Source of the DNA: the human T2T-CHM13v2.0 reference genome, Homo sapiens
Direction: 5' to 3' (one strand)
Assembly: GCF_009914755.1 (NCBI RefSeq)
Contig: NC_060927.1
DNA: 64,000 nt
In this document: in pieces, positions 24,074 through 40,039 of the stretch
How the letters are laid out: each line of letters opens with the position of its first letter
Position numbering within the stretch: position 1 is the stretch's first letter
Program-made: the position numbers and the translations under genes
Notes under the pieces: generated by a model
The model's input: the letters and a program-made list of their open reading frames with translations, nothing else
Told to the model about the DNA's origin: nothing
The model's database searches: none

Positions 24074-24570
24074 TGTGGCAGATGGACTCATGCCTCTTTA
24101 TTTCCTCCCTTTGTAGTATGCCTTACAGATGCTAGAGGCTAAGAAGCTAAAAACTACTCATTCACGGTTCCCTCCAACTCAGGTTCACAATGGGCAGCCT
24201 CTGCCAACAGACACAATCATGCAAAATCTAGCTGCTTACACTACTTATTCTAGCAAGAGCATTCATGGACGCTCTTGTGAGATCCTTACAGATGGTCCCA
24301 GCTTCATGTGTAGCAAGAAATACAGCTCAGGAACCTAATTTGCTACTAAGGGTCATGGCTAATGCAATGTAGTCTTGGAGCCACCAGCTGTGGTGGTGGC
24401 TTCCTAATCGTTACAAAAGATGAACTTTTTTTGGTAAACCACCTCTGTGACCATTTGGAAGCCCAGCCTGCAGCCTGTTTGCTTAGTCTTTTCAATTATT
24501 GTGTAAGCCCCTAAATCTCTGTATATTTAATCCCTTTCTATTTGAATCAGGTAGAGTATGGATCCTAACG
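24074..24570 (+). mobile_element. ERVL LTR (LTR33-like)
   Basis: tgtggcag...agctaaaaactac...cagcctgtt...tgtgtaagcccctaaatctctgtat. Confidence 0.5.
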
Positions 24571-24719
24571 CAGTTATCCACTACAATTTCTGAAGAATGC
24601 TGTACAAATAAAACTTTGTTCTGATTCCTTTTTACAAATGATAGATTCATGGAATCCATCTTAGCAGAATCAGGCTATACCTTCCATGAGTTCATCCCAT
24701 CATTTGTGGCCCCCAGCAG

Positions 24720-25620
24720 TTTTGAGATACCATTTTCTTTTTATTTTTGACACCTTAGAGTTCTATAATTCTCTCTTCTTCTTTATAATCAACTGTTAAA
24801 CTCATCTCTTAAGATGTTAATTTTGGTTATTGCTATTTTCAATTTCTGTATTTCTATTTTGTTTTAAAATACATTATGTCATTTTTCCAATTTTCTGACA
24901 AAACATTTTAATTTTCTAAGCAGTTATTTTTAAATGTTTTTGAACTTTCCAACATCTGGGTGGGGCCTATCTCGTGCCAGCTGTTCCGTCTGTACTCACT
25001 CAATGTGTAGTCTTATGTGCCTGACTATCTGTGAGTTGTGTGCCTATAAATGCATTTTAAAAAGTGTTTGTAGAAATAATTTGAACTCAAATCATGCTAT
25101 TTTCTTCTAAGGAGGAGTTTTTATTTATTTTTGTCAGGCAACTAGAGGCATTAGAAATCTGGAATAGTATCTATCTGATTTCAGGAACCACCCAGATAAT
25201 CCAAAGATGTGGATTCTAAGAATACAGTTTTGCTTCTGGTACACACTTTCTAATTAAGGGGCAGGCTTTTACATTCCCAATTCAATGTGTAGAGCTCTTA
25301 CTAGGTTTCTACCATAAGCAGGTCCTGAACTCTAACTTTTGCCACCTACTTCCAACTCCATTAGGCTGTTGAAAGTGCTGCTCCAGTCTCAGCTGCCTCT
25401 TCTGGAATCTGCAAGCCCACCCAGGGTTACAGCAGCCAAAAATGTTATTGCGCCTCTTTTGAGTACTTCTGTTTCTTAAATCTGGGCTCAATAATTCCTC
25501 ACAACCTAGTTAGTTCCCTAAAGCCTTAAAACAGATTTTTTAATAGATGATATTTTGTCCAGCTTTCTGGTTTGTCATCAGTGGGAGGGTTGGTCCAAAT
25601 TACAAAATCTGCCATAATCC
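24720..25620 (-). mobile_element. Ancient L1M/HAL1-type fragment
   Basis: T-rich antisense LINE-like sequence ending cagtgggagggttggtcc. Confidence 0.35.
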
Positions 25621-25797
25621 AGGGGCATTTTACTTTTCTGGGATCCAGAGATAGCATTTCAAACCCATTCCACTCAGATTATACAGCGAAACAACAAAAC
25701 ATTAGAAAGTTGTATACAATGTCCCAACGATTTTATCCAAAGTGGTAGAAAATAAGTCTGGATACAGTCAAGGGATGAATCGTTTTGAAAAACTTAA

Positions 25798-26161
25798 TGA
25801 TATGGTTTGGCTGTGTCCCTACCCAAATCTCATCTTGAATTGTAGCTCCCATAATTCCCATGTGTTGTGGGAGGAACCCAGTGGGAGGTAATTGAATCAT
25901 GGGGGCGGGTCTTTCCCATGCTGTTCTAGTAATAGTGAATAAGTCTCATGAGAGCTGATGGTTTTATAAAGGGAAGTTCCCCTGCACACGCTCTCTTGCC
26001 TGTTGCCATGTAAGGTGTGCCTTTACTTCTCTTTTGCCTTCTGTCATGACTATGAGGCCTTGCCAGCCATATGGAACTATAAGTCTATTAAACCTCTTTC
26101 CTTTTTAAATTACCCAGTCTTGGGTATGTCTTTATTAGCAGCATGAAAATAGACTAACACA
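25798..26161 (+). mobile_element. THE1B-like solo LTR
   Basis: TGATATGGTTTGGCTGTGTCC...GACTAACACA; TSD cttaa/cataa. Confidence 0.93.
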
Positions 26162-27130
26162 CATAATAACCAAAACTTTGGTCTTCCCTCAAACAAAACA
26201 GTGATTAAAACGCTGTTGTCAAGGAGCAGCCTTTTCATGGTGAGACAGGCAATTCTCCCACATGAGGCAGCTGCTAGGAATGACTTCATTTCTGACAACT
26301 GCTCTGTTTCCTCCTCACTGCTAATAAGCTGAGAGATTCTGGAATGATTCTCTCAGGAAGCTTTGTGTGTGTGTATATGATCATATTTCATTTTTATTTG
26401 GCAGAACAGAAAAGATGATTGGGATAAAAACAATTTCTGCTCAGTGAGCAAAAATAAAACAATAAAAGTAAGTAGGAGACTTCATTCAAACATGTTTTAC
26501 AAAGAATTTAAGGTTTCAAAATATAGGAAATTTCACCATCTTGTGTATGTTTTGCTTTGGTATTTTGCAAAAAAATGCTCCTCCAGAGAAAGCCATGCCT
26601 ACTTTTAGTACTCATCAAAGATCAGACCTGGACTAAGCCTAGATCTCTGAACAGTCACTTGAGAAATTATTTGCTTCTGCTATGACACTGAGGAATGACA
26701 ATCACAGAGCTTAAAGCCATTTGAGCAGTGAAAAATCATGAAATAGTACCAAGGGAAGTCCCAGATTTTCTGGTTTTGCTTTATGGGCAAAATTTTTCAT
26801 TCTGTTCTACAATAAATAGAGTCCCCCAAGGCTATTCCTCTGGTAGATGGATTCATTATTGCTGAGAAATTAGAGTAGTTTCCACAAAATGCTAAAGGTT
26901 GTAGTGTTGATTATATTTATTAAACAACCAAAGATAAAATATCAGTTGCAAGGTTTTGGAAATCACATGAAATGGTTCATGTAACTTTTAACAGGTGCGG
27001 AAACAGCTAGACAGGCAGGTCATCACATTTGCATAGAAAAAAGAGCATTACTAGTTGTTGTTATTGAGAGGTCCTGTAAATTATTGACAAGGACCATATA
27101 ACATAAATTTCAGAAAACTTAAAAATCTAG

Positions 27131-29379
<2,249 letters not shown>

Positions 29380-29469
29380 AAAAATCTAGGCCTTTAAGGT
29401 TAGTTGTTTTCTTATGGATGTCTGTAATAGAAAAAATATTTTCCTCACAAAAATGGAATAAAGGTAAGC

Positions 29470-29562
29470 TTTATGCCCAGCTTTGTCACTCACTAGTTGT
29501 ATGAGTTGGTAATGTTTCAGTCTCTCTAAACCTCAGTTTTCTCATCTTTAAAATGGAGTTTA
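29470..29562 (+). mobile_element. MIR 5' part (3' part resumes ~31800-31900)
   Basis: tctctaaacctcagttttctcatctttaaaatgg; tail gcttagaacac...ggcatggaataag after the L1 block. Confidence 0.6.
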
Positions 29563-30277
29563 TCACAATAAGATACCATCTCACACCAGTCAAAATTGCT
29601 ATCATGAAAAACTGAAAAAATGACAGATACTGGCGAGGTTACAGAGAAAAGGAACATTTATACACTGTCAGTGGGAGGGTAAATTAGTTCAACCATTATG
29701 CAAAGCAGTATGGCAATTCCTCAAAGAGCTAAAAGAAGAACTACCATTCAACCCAGCAATTCCATTACTGGGTATGTACCCAGAGGAATACAAATCATTC
29801 TACCATAAAGACACATGCACACAAATGTTCACTGAAGCACTATCCACAATAGCAAAGACATGGAATTAACCTAAATGCCCATCAATGTCAGATTGGATAA
29901 AGAAAATGTGGTACATATACCCCATGGAATGCTATGCATCCATAAAAAAGAACAAGATCGTATCTTTTGAGGGAACATAGATGGAGCTGGAGGCTGTTAC
30001 CCTTAGTAAACTAATGCAGGAACAGAAAACTAAAACGGCATGTTCTCACTTATAAGTGGGAGCTAAATGATAAGAACTTATGAACACAAAGAAGGAAACA
30101 ATAGACACTGCGGTCTACTTGAGGGTGGAGGGTGGGAGGAGGGAGAGGAGCAGAAAAGATAACTATTGGGTACTGAGCTTAATATCTGGGTGATGAAATA
30201 ATATGTATAACAAACTCCAGTGACAAGTGTTTACCTGTGTAACAAACCTTCACACGTACCCCCAAACCTAAAAAAAA
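29563..30277 (+). mobile_element. L1PA13-16-like 3' end
   Basis: 3'UTR ggagaggagcagaaaagataactattgggtac...gtacccccaaacctaaaa. Confidence 0.85.
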
Positions 30278-30284
30278 TTTTTTT

Positions 30285-31790
30285 AAACTTATAAAAATTT
30301 GGTGAATGCAGCAAAGGAAGTGCTCAAAGGGAAATTTGTAGCATTGAATGCAAATATTAGAAAAGAAGAAAGAACTAAAATCAATAATCTAAGCTTCACC
30401 TTAGGAAAGTAGCAAAAGAAGAACAATTTAAATCCAAAGTAAGCAGAAGAAAAGGATTACTAAACATCAGAGAAGAAATCAATGGAATTTAAAATAAGAA
30501 ACCAATAGAGAAAAATGATGAAATCAAAAGCTTGTTCTTTGACAAGATCAATAGGATGTTAAACCTCCGGCCAGGCTAACTAAGGATAAATGAAAGAAGA
30601 TACAAATTACTAATATCAGAAATGAGAGAGGCCATCACTACTGATTTAATGGATATTAAAAGGATAATAAATATTAGGAAGAACTCTATGCCCACAAATT
30701 TGATAAATTAGATACCTCTTAAAAATGTAACTCTTAAGATTCAACAATGAGAAAACACACAACCCAATTAAAAAATGGGCAAGAAGTCTGAGTAGATACA
30801 TCACCAAAGAAGATATACAGATGGCAAACAAGCATCTGAACAGGTGCTCTACATTATATGTTACCAGGGTACTGCAAATTAAAACAATATCGAGATATCA
30901 CTACCACCTATAGAATGGCTAAAATCCACGATATTGACACCAAATGCTGGCAAGAATGTGGAAAAACAGGAACCCTCATTCATGGTTGGTGAGAATGCAA
31001 AATGGCACAACTGCTTTGGAAGAGTTTGGTAGTTTCTTACAAAGCTAAACATGCACTTACCTTACAATTCAACAGTCACGATCTTTGGTATTTGCCCAAA
31101 TGAGATAAATACTTATATCCAAACAAAAACTTGTAAATGAACGTTTATAGCAGCTTTATTTGTAACTGTCAAAACTGAGAGGCAACCGAGATGTCCTTCA
31201 ATCCGTGAATGCATAAGCAAACTGTTGTACAGCCATGCAATGGACTATGTTCCAGTGATTAAAAAAAAATGAGCCACAGAGTCATGAAAAGATATAGAAG
31301 AACATGAAATGCATATCACTAAGTGAAAGAAACCAGTGTGAAAAGGCTACATATTGGATAATGCCAAGTATATGACATTCTGGAAAAGGCAAAACTGTGG
31401 AGACAATAAAAAGACCAGTGGTTTCCAGGCATTCATGTTGAGGGAGGGAGGAATGAATAGTTGGAGTACAGGAGAATTTGGGGGCAGTGAAACTATTTTG
31501 TACCATACCATGATGGTAGATATATGAATCATACTTTTATAAAAACTCACAGAACTGTACAACAAAGAGTGAATCAATATAAACTATGTGCTTTAGTTAA
31601 TAATATTGCATTAATATTAGTTCATCAACTATAACAAATTTACTACATTAATGCAAGATGTTAATAATATAGGAAACTGTGGTTAGGGGTGATAAATAGA
31701 AACCCTCTGTACCTTCTGTTCACTTTTTCTGTATACATAAAACTGCTCTAAAAAAATAAAGTCGATTAATTGAAAAAGCAAAAAATAAAA
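30285..31790 (+). mobile_element. L1MC/MD-type element, internally deleted
   Basis: ORF2 segment jumps near 30715 to the 3' ORF2; L1M 3'UTR atgcaagatgttaataat...aactgctctaaaaaaataaagtc. Confidence 0.75.
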
Positions 31791-32449
31791 TAAAATAGAA
31801 CAGGGTTTATAATGGTGGTCATCTCACAGGCCAGTTGCATACAGAGAGCTTAGAACACTCTTGGGCATGGAATAAGTGATTAATATTGTTATTGTTTATA
31901 TTACCACATTATTAAGTTAGCTTGCCATGAAATCCAAAGTGCAAATGACAAAATAAAGTGGTCCCCAGACAAACTTGTAGTAATTAAGGAGGGAGGGAGT
32001 ACAGTGTTTTAAGATAGGTTTGGGGGCATTTTGATAAACCTTCTTAAATCAAAATCCACTACTTCAAATTCAGTGATGTTAAGGAAAATGCCTCACTGAC
32101 ACTTCCCTCTGAAGTGCTGATTTTTAAAAAAATGTTTTTTAAGCAAATAAAATGGTGAAATGCAGATTATATAGACTGAATAGGACCAATCTGAACAGAA
32201 ACAAGAAGCCAGAATGCAAACGTGATTCTGCTCAGACATACTTAAAAGGAAAAGCTATATTCAAGTTGTCAGAAAGCTCTCTGTACAAGCAACTGTCTGG
32301 GTTCTCCTCCCATTTCTCTGACATTTCCATCTTTGCATCCTTGGTGAAGTCCTCTGCATCCACTCACTTCTTAGTTTGCACTGTTTCCAAGAGTCCTCGT
32401 GGCTCACTCTGCTGGATGACATGAGCTCATTGGGTTTCCTTCACTTGCA

Positions 32450-32960
32450 CACTCTAGGCCCTGCCCTTGATTTGGCTTAAACTGAAAAGTGTATTGTTCA
32501 TATAATTTAAAAAACCCCAGGGTATATGGGCTTTGGCACAGTGGAATCCAATTGCTTAGATGTATCTATCAGTAATCTATTTTTGTTATGTCTCAACTCT
32601 GCCTTCCTGAATGGTGGTTGGTTGGTTGGTTCTCCTAACAATAGCAAGTTGGCCAACAGGGGCTTAGCCCCATGAGCAGAAAAAGAGAGGGTTCCTTTTT
32701 CCAATGTATCCATCATGAATCTTGGAGCTGATTCTTACCAGACTGACTTGGGTCCATGCCTATCTTGGAACCAATCCCTGTGCCAAAGCAACAGAGGATA
32801 CATTTACCCAGACCTCCGTTACATACCCACCTGCATAACAGGAAGTGGGAGTCATCACCTCCAAACTACCAGTCTGAGAGTAGAGAGGTAGAGTAACCCA
32901 AAAGAAAGAGATACATTCTGTTAGGAGAAAGAATGCTGTGCAGACAAAATAACAATTATT
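32450..32960 (-). mobile_element. Old MLT1 LTR (K-like)
   Basis: gactgacttgggtccatgcctatcttggaaccaatccctgtg. Confidence 0.55.
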
Positions 32961-33069
32961 GCATATGCCAGATCTTCCCTGTTCTTGCCTCACCCTCTTC
33001 TCCCACTCCTCTGGACACTCCCTGCCAGTGAATCTCAGTGGACACCCTGCCTCACCCCCACCCCTTCAT

Positions 33070-33411
33070 AAGGGTAATCCCCACTCATCCTGTAAGACTC
33101 AGCTCAATTATCCTCCCTCCAAGGAGTTTTCCCTGACTACTTATATCACCATAATCCCATGCTGGATTAGGAGCCCCCAACAATCCTGTGATTCTGTTTG
33201 CTTATCTCTGTCATGACACTTACACATTGATGTGTCAGTCTCCACTCCTGGACTAAACTCCTTGAGCGCAGGGACTATTTAACTCAACTTCATATCCCCT
33301 GAAATTAGCAAAGTATCTTGCATATAGTAGGCAAGCCTCACTGTGCAGATGAATTAATGAAAGAAATCAGCCTCGTCAGCCTCAGTGTGCAAATGAATTA
33401 ATGAAAGAAAT
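33070..33411 (+). mobile_element. L2 3' end with duplicated tail
   Basis: aagactcagctcaa...aaactccttgagcgcagggact...catatagtagg...atgaattaatgaa. Confidence 0.7.
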
Positions 33412-33453
33412 TTCAACATGAGGTCAAATCCCAAACATTTACACACATGCACA

Positions 33454-33729
33454 CAGGTGGTATTCAAAATGGCTAACAACCTGTAAATTCACAGACTCAT
33501 CAGAAAGGACTCTGGCTGTAGAATCAGGACAGAGGCCTGGAGGCATCCTTCAAGAGCCAAGTGTTTCCACTTGGACACATCAAGCAGATCAAGGGGAGCC
33601 CCAGAGGGTACAGCAGGTAGCCAGAGGGGTACTCAGGGGCAGCATCTATTTACCAAGTGCAATGAAAATATTTCAATATGTCATCAACTGGTACAGGTGT
33701 ACTGATGCATACTTGGTGATTACCAGATG
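33454..33729. mobile_element. Ancient hAT-type MITE
   Basis: Imperfect terminal inverted repeats caggtggtattca / tgattaccagatg; internal aaaatatttcaatat. Confidence 0.4.
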
Positions 33730-34724
33730 TATAGCTATTTGTGTGGGTGTTCATGTGTATAACATATTTAAATATATTGCATACACAGGTATGTATGCAA
33801 TATAAGATTTCCATTAGCTTGTCTTTTACACATTTTTTATAATAAAACTTCTAACAGTACCCAGAAAGATTTCTGGGAAATGTGTCTTGGCCTAGAAAGA
33901 TACAATAACTCCTTTTCCCAACCTAGTCTCCATCAGAGAAGCATCTGCTCTGACTTCAGCTCCCAAAACCAGAGTCCCCAAAAGATCCCTTGCAGATGGC
34001 TCCAAAATGACACTATTCTCAGTGCACATGCTCCTCTTATAAGCAATGTAGTCATACTCACAGCCTTCCCCCAAACTGGCATTTATTTCCCAAGAGGGTT
34101 CTGTACTCTTCTCTAAAAAGATGGAACGAACATTAAAGGTCTTAAGTGATCTAAAGACAACCAGGGTTAGGGAAACCTTCAGAGAAGCTAATTTTGTATT
34201 CACAAAGAAGGTAGCAGTGGTCAGGTCCTGCCAGTGGGTGAATTTACAACATATAATTCTTTCAGAATAAGATATGCAAATTAAATCAATTAAATCCTGG
34301 CTGTGCTTGGCCATTCTAATGTTCACACTCACCACCACATTAATTGAAACAGCGCTGAAGGAGTCTTAAATTCAGGGTAATAAGTTGTGTCTGAGATAAT
34401 CAACAGGCAATGCATTCATATCAAGGCTGAGTAAGAAATGCTGATTCTAAATCACTCAAGGATCCAGCACTGCATGTGAGAGAGGCTAGTCGTGTGGTGC
34501 TGATACCCGAGAAGGAGCTCTGTTTTTTAATTCTATTGACAAGAGACACAACTCACTCATGAGAGGAGCTGTTTTTTTTTCTCTGACCACCAAGCAGGCA
34601 TGAGGGTGACAAGAAGAGCAGTGCCTGAGATCTTGACTTAGCAAGAGGTGAAGGGAATAAAATTGCAGAATTTAAAAACGGGGCCAATGGCTAGAAGGCA
34701 AGCCAGAAAATGACTGCTACATAC

Positions 34725-35410
34725 CAGTAGTAGCTCAAGACAGAAATGTGGGTGTTATCCTAGATTTATCTCATTCTAATGATCCCTCTGCACCAGCCAA
34801 TTCATCACTAAATCTTCTTTTTCTGCCTCCTAACTATACCCTTAATCCGTCGGCTTCTGTTGACAACAATTGGCCACCTCCCTAGATCAAACGCTTACCA
34901 CATCTCCCCTACACTTTCGTAATTGCCTCTTTACTACTTTGCCTGATTTCATTTTTGTTTTCCTCCAACATATTCTCCTTGTAGAAGCCACAGTGGCATC
35001 TTATAAATAGAAATTTGATCATGTCACTCCTTGCCTTAAAACTCCTCCATGGCTTCCTGTTGCACGTCAAACAAAATCCCAGCTTTGTATAATATCATGA
35101 TCCAGCTAGCCAAAATAATGGGCCCCTTCCTACCTCTCTACCTGGGTCTCGGTACCAAATACCCCACTCCCCACCATAATCTTCACCCTCTAATTCCAGC
35201 CACATTGGTCACCCTTCACTTCCTCAAAGATTCCAAGCTCTTTCCTCCCCCAGAGTATTTGCAATGCTCTGTCCCTTCTTCCTGGAACATCCTTCCTCAC
35301 TTCTCCCAGCCTCACTCTTGGTGTCCTTCTACGGCTTCCTCCTTCTGATCTTACTGGTCACAACCTAGATACTACCTCGTAAATGAGCCTTTCTCTGACC
35401 ACCCATCCCA
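34725..35410 (+). mobile_element. L2 fragment
   Basis: aaatttgatcatgtcactcc...aaaactcctccatggcttcc...cttcctggaac. Confidence 0.7.
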
Positions 35411-36346
35411 AAGAACATGTGTTTCCTCCTCCAAAACCCAACATCTTGCAACACCACCTCCCCAAAAGAGAAAGCTTAGTACCTTCTTCTAGGGTTTCCT
35501 CCTTATTCCCTTGCTTCAAAGAGACCAAAAACAGAAATCTCAGTTTTTACCCTAGCCATCTCAAGCCTGTGGATGCTGCAACAGTAGCAATGGGAGATTA
35601 AATACTCAGAAATCTGCTCCTGCTGGGATCCATTTCCTCTGTCAGCAGGCACACTCCAAAAGGGATGGCAGGAACCCACTTGAGCTGATTTGCTTTGAAT
35701 CCGGTCAACAAGGCAAGGCAATTTAGCCTCATGTTTAGTACCACTTGCTTTACTAAGTACATTCTGACGAAGTTTTAATGACCTAACCCAGGGAGCACTC
35801 TATCTACATGTAAGTAAATTGGTTGAGAACTTTGATTTTCCTACTGGAAATCTCACTATTAATCCATGATTTATTAAGCTATTAGTCAAAGATTTCAACA
35901 CCCTAAACATGCTGTCATTAATACTTAAACTACCTTCCTACTTCTCACCCTCCTGTTCCACTTCTTGGAATGATTTCTGGAGGCTGTTGCCTCTGGGTAT
36001 CTGCTATACACCTTACTGGCATCTCCATCTCACCTTATGTTCTGCACACATACTCTTCAGCCTTGAACTCTGCATTATCCAAAGGGGCCTTAAAAGAATT
36101 GCCACCGTAGTCTTAGTGAATTTTTGTACTTCTTAATTGACTTCACCCACCTTGGCCCTGTAAGTGATTTTAAAATGCCCAGTAGTGGCTTCTCATTTTT
36201 CTCAACTAATTAACCTGTTTAGTGAGATCTGTCTTCTGCAAACTCATTCATTTTTACAAACAAGCTTGAGAATATGATGCAAAAGAAGTATATATAATGG
36301 AGAGTATCTCTTTGCCAAGCAGCCTGTCAAAAGAGATAAGATTCTG

Positions 36347-36368
36347 TATATATATATATATATATATA
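36347..36368. repeat. (TA)11 microsatellite
   Basis: Directly visible. Confidence 0.9.
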
Positions 36369-36544
36369 CCCTTCTCTGGGGTTAAAAAATGAAACTCTTG
36401 AAGGAAAATAATAATCAAATTACTATTACCACTGTCATAGTCTATTAAAAGGTATGATACCTTCTTTGTACTCATACTAGCATAGGTAATAAGCATTATT
36501 CTAAAATTTAATGTTCTTTCCTTTTCTCTTTTGTCATTTATTCC

Positions 36545-36905
36545 CTTTATCAGAGTTCCTTAGTTTTAAGAAACCAAAACCAAGCTTCAATATCTAAAGA
36601 TAAAATGAAGTTTACCAGAAAGAAAGAAAAGACTCACAGCATCAACCAGAGATTTAAGACCAAGGATTAGAAAATATTAAGGAACCACAGGACACTGGCA
36701 AAAGCTGTGTTTCAGGAATATTTTGGCCAGCTACTACTGCCACAAAACTGAAAAGATAACCGTGCCTACTACTGCTGCCTAAGTGAATGTTATTGGATCT
36801 TTCATCTTTGTGTCATCTACTCAAGATAAAGTCCTTGGTGAGAGAATCTGATGGGCCAAACCTAGCTCATGTGCCCTTAACCCAGCAGGCAGGCAACATG
36901 GAGAA
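36545..36905 (-). mobile_element. Old MLT1 LTR
   Basis: gagagaatctgatgggccaaacctagctcatgtgccc. Confidence 0.45.
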
Positions 36906-36919
36906 GGGGAAGCTGACCC

Positions 36920-37905
36920 TTGGTGGGGATGCTGTGGTACACTGACAGATCTCTCAAGACCCAGGCTCTCAATTCCCCCAGCTGCTGGGGATATTGCCTG
37001 CTGATGGTTCCCAGATAAATCCCTCCCCTGGAATTGTCCTCCACTGGGAGAAGCTGCCTCACCCAAGGGTACACTCTGTACTGGGGGCAGCCTGCATTCA
37101 ATGCCTGGGTATGTTACTGGAAAGCGGTCCTGATCCAGATCCCAGGAGAAGGTTCTTGGATCTCATGCAAGAAAGAATTCAGGGCGAGTCCAAAGTGCAA
37201 AGCGAAAGCAAATTTATTAAGAAAGCAAAGTGGTGAAAGAACAGCTGCTCCATAGACAGAGTAGGGTGTTCCCGATTGTAACAGGAAGAACGCACCCAGT
37301 CTAGGTACAATGCTTGTTTATATACATGATAACAACAACAACAACAACAAAAAGTCATGGGGATAAGTGCTCTGCTACAAGGGTTTGTGATAAAGAATTT
37401 ATTTTATTACTATATTTTGCAAGAATCGATATTATTATCTTTAAAGCAAAATTAGGAATGCTTCTGTTCTCAAGGTATTGGGATATCAGGACATTCCTGA
37501 GTCTGGGTCTGTTTAGTAAACATTATCAATCTGTTCCCTTAATCATAAACATCTAGAGGCTAGGAATACCTCACTTTCTGTGAATGCATTCCCGCAAGCC
37601 CCAGCCTCATTTTTCCTAGCCCTCACTGAAGATGGATTCCCCTCTGATTCTAATGCCTCTGACAGTTGATAAAGGAATACAAATGCCTGCAAACTGTGCC
37701 TCAATTTGGGATATCTCTGAAGAGCCATCTTAGTCTCAGAGCTCCTTGTGGAGTTGACTGAGGCCTTTATGCAAACTACATTACAGTTCAACTTCACCCT
37801 CTGCCCCATCCAGCTTTCCTCACTCCCCTACCTGTGTTGTTCCTAAGAGTACTCCCCAGCGAACCACCTGCAGGCAAACATCTGTCTCAGGATCTGTTTT
37901 GACAG
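36920..37905 (+). mobile_element. LTR16-type ERVL LTR split by MER41
   Basis: cccagctgctggg...cctcacccaagg...ggcagcctgcattcaatg | resumes ctcagagctcc...gagtactcccc. Confidence 0.65.
37112..37664 (-). mobile_element. MER41-family ERV1 solo LTR (MER41D-like)
   Basis: tgttactggaaag...ttcttggatctcatgcaagaaagaattc ... gcctctgaca termini. Confidence 0.8.
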
Positions 37906-38814
37906 CCTCCTTCAGTTTTCCAAAAAGAACTACACATAATAGGATATTGTGCATAAATAAGACAGGGCATGGATACTGGGCAATCAAATAAAATGGCATA
38001 TGTCCACTGCATGCTCAAATACTTTTCTGTATCAAGTAAGATGCTGCCATTAACAGTTGACAATTTAGAGTTTCATTTAGAACTTTTCTATGGAGTCAAG
38101 TCAGTTTCTCTACCCCCATTCATCCATTCCCTTCCCCCATTCTCCCTAGCTCACTCTTTCATATATTTAGATCTATATATTTCTCTCCATTAGCTGTTTC
38201 TCTAGAGATGATAGAAATAGCAATCATAATGGAAATAGAAATTAGATAGATGTGGAGATCAAGAGACTCAGAGATTAAGAGAGAGAGCCCTGAAGTCATT
38301 CTACTTCTCTCTGTCCTTATGCTCTTCTCCCTTCCTAGAATTCCTTCTCTTTTTCTCTCTCTCTGGCCATATAAAATCCTACCTATCCTTATTTATAAAA
38401 TCATTCCCTCACATTTAGAAAGCACTTGGATAGTTCAAAGTTCTGTAACACACTTCAAGCGATTTGATCTCACAAAATGACCATGAAGAAAGAAGAACAA
38501 ATATTGTTATTCCTATTTTACCTATGGGGATCCCTGTCTTGGAGAGCTTAGATAACTGGACCAGGTTCCCTTAGACCTCCTCCTCTATGATGTCCTTTGA
38601 GAATCATCCAATGCCCTTTGACTCTTCTCTAAGCTAGTGTAGTGATGGGAATACACTAACTGGATTCAGAGTCAGGTTTTGTTCTCCTGCTATTCCTTGG
38701 GTGGTTGTGTTTTGTTTCTGCCTAGAACTCCCATCCACCAACCCACCTGACTCTGCCCTAGGCTAGATATATGCTTCTTGAGGGCCAGGGCTGCATCTTT
38801 ACTCCTACCACAGA

Positions 38815-39045
38815 GTACAGAATAGTAGAAGTTAGAAAGCCAGGGTCCAGTCCTCGTATTAGTATTTCCCAGCTGGGTGACCTTGCAAGTCAGTTAACCT
38901 TTCTGAGTCTTAGTTCCCTCATCTGTAAAAGAACAAATGCCTACTTTGCAAAATCATTGTGAAAATTACATGAAATAAGACATTTGGAAAAATTTACATT
39001 ATCTGCCACACAGAGGTCACTTAATAGGGGATCATTTTTCCATCA
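38815..39045 (+). mobile_element. MIR SINE
   Basis: gctgggtgaccttgcaagtcagttaacctttctgagtcttagttccctcatctgtaaaa. Confidence 0.8.
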
Positions 39046-39397
39046 TTTTCACTTTCACAGTGCTAGGCATACCAAAGTCATTTTAATGAATATTAATTAA
39101 CTATTAAGGGAAATGATGGTCATGATCATGTTAGGAAGAAAAGGTATGTAAAGAGACGAGCAATGGGCTTGAAAACAGCTGCTAAAAATGTTTAGTATTT
39201 ACTATATGCAAGCCTAAATATATATTTCTATCACATCACCTTTTACAAAGCACCAGCTAACCTGTTTGCCTTTCACCCAACTGTGTATCAAAAAAATGGC
39301 CCCCATTTGTATGCTGGCTATTGTTACAGACTGTCAAGGTTCATTAATACAGTTTGCCCTGTAAGTGTTACTGAAACAGTATTTTACGAACCGGGAG

Positions 39398-39778
39398 GGA
39401 TATGGTTTGAATGTGTTTCTCAAAGTTCCTGTGTTGGAAACTTAATCCCCAATGCAACAGTATTAGGAAGTGGGACCTAATTAGAGATGAGTAGGTCATG
39501 AGGGCTCTGCTCTCGTGAATGGATTAATGTTGTTATCTTGGGTGTAGAACAGTTATTGTGAGAGTGGGTTGTTATAAAAGTGAGTTTGGCACCTTCTTGC
39601 TCTCTCAAGCATACTCTCTTGCCCTTCAGCCTTCCAACATAGGAGGATGCAGCATGATGGCCCTCACCAGATGCTCCTGGACTTCACCTCTGGAAACATG
39701 AACCAAAGAAATTTCTCTTCTTTATAACTTTCCCAGTCACAGATATTCTGTTATAGCAGCAGAAAATGGACTAAGACA
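39398..39778 (+). mobile_element. MST solo LTR (MSTC/D-like)
   Basis: tatggtttgaatgtg...ttggaaacttaatccccaatgcaacag...aatggactaagaca; TSD gggag/ggaag. Confidence 0.85.
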
Positions 39779-40039
39779 GGAAGCAACTTTTATTTTAAGG
39801 ATGTGGTAATGTCAGCCCACGGAATAAGTGATTCTCCAAAGTCACACAGTCAAAAAGTAGCAAAGTGGTAGCTAAAATTCAGATTATACGAGTCTAGAAC
39901 CCAAATCCTTTCCTCCATCCCACAAATGGGCCACATCATTTCATAGCCAGTTTACCTTTCTCTCAGACTCATGGTGAAAACTTTAGGTTGCACGTCAAAA
40001 AAGATGAGATAAATGCTAATTTCATTTTGGCAAAGATTC

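Noticed and set aside
33892-34338. 148-aa ORF, and others such as 44013-44411, 41337-41750 and 50576-50962
   Set aside because: No recognisable domain, several non-ATG starts or LTR overlap, no supporting exon structure; lengths are compatible with chance.
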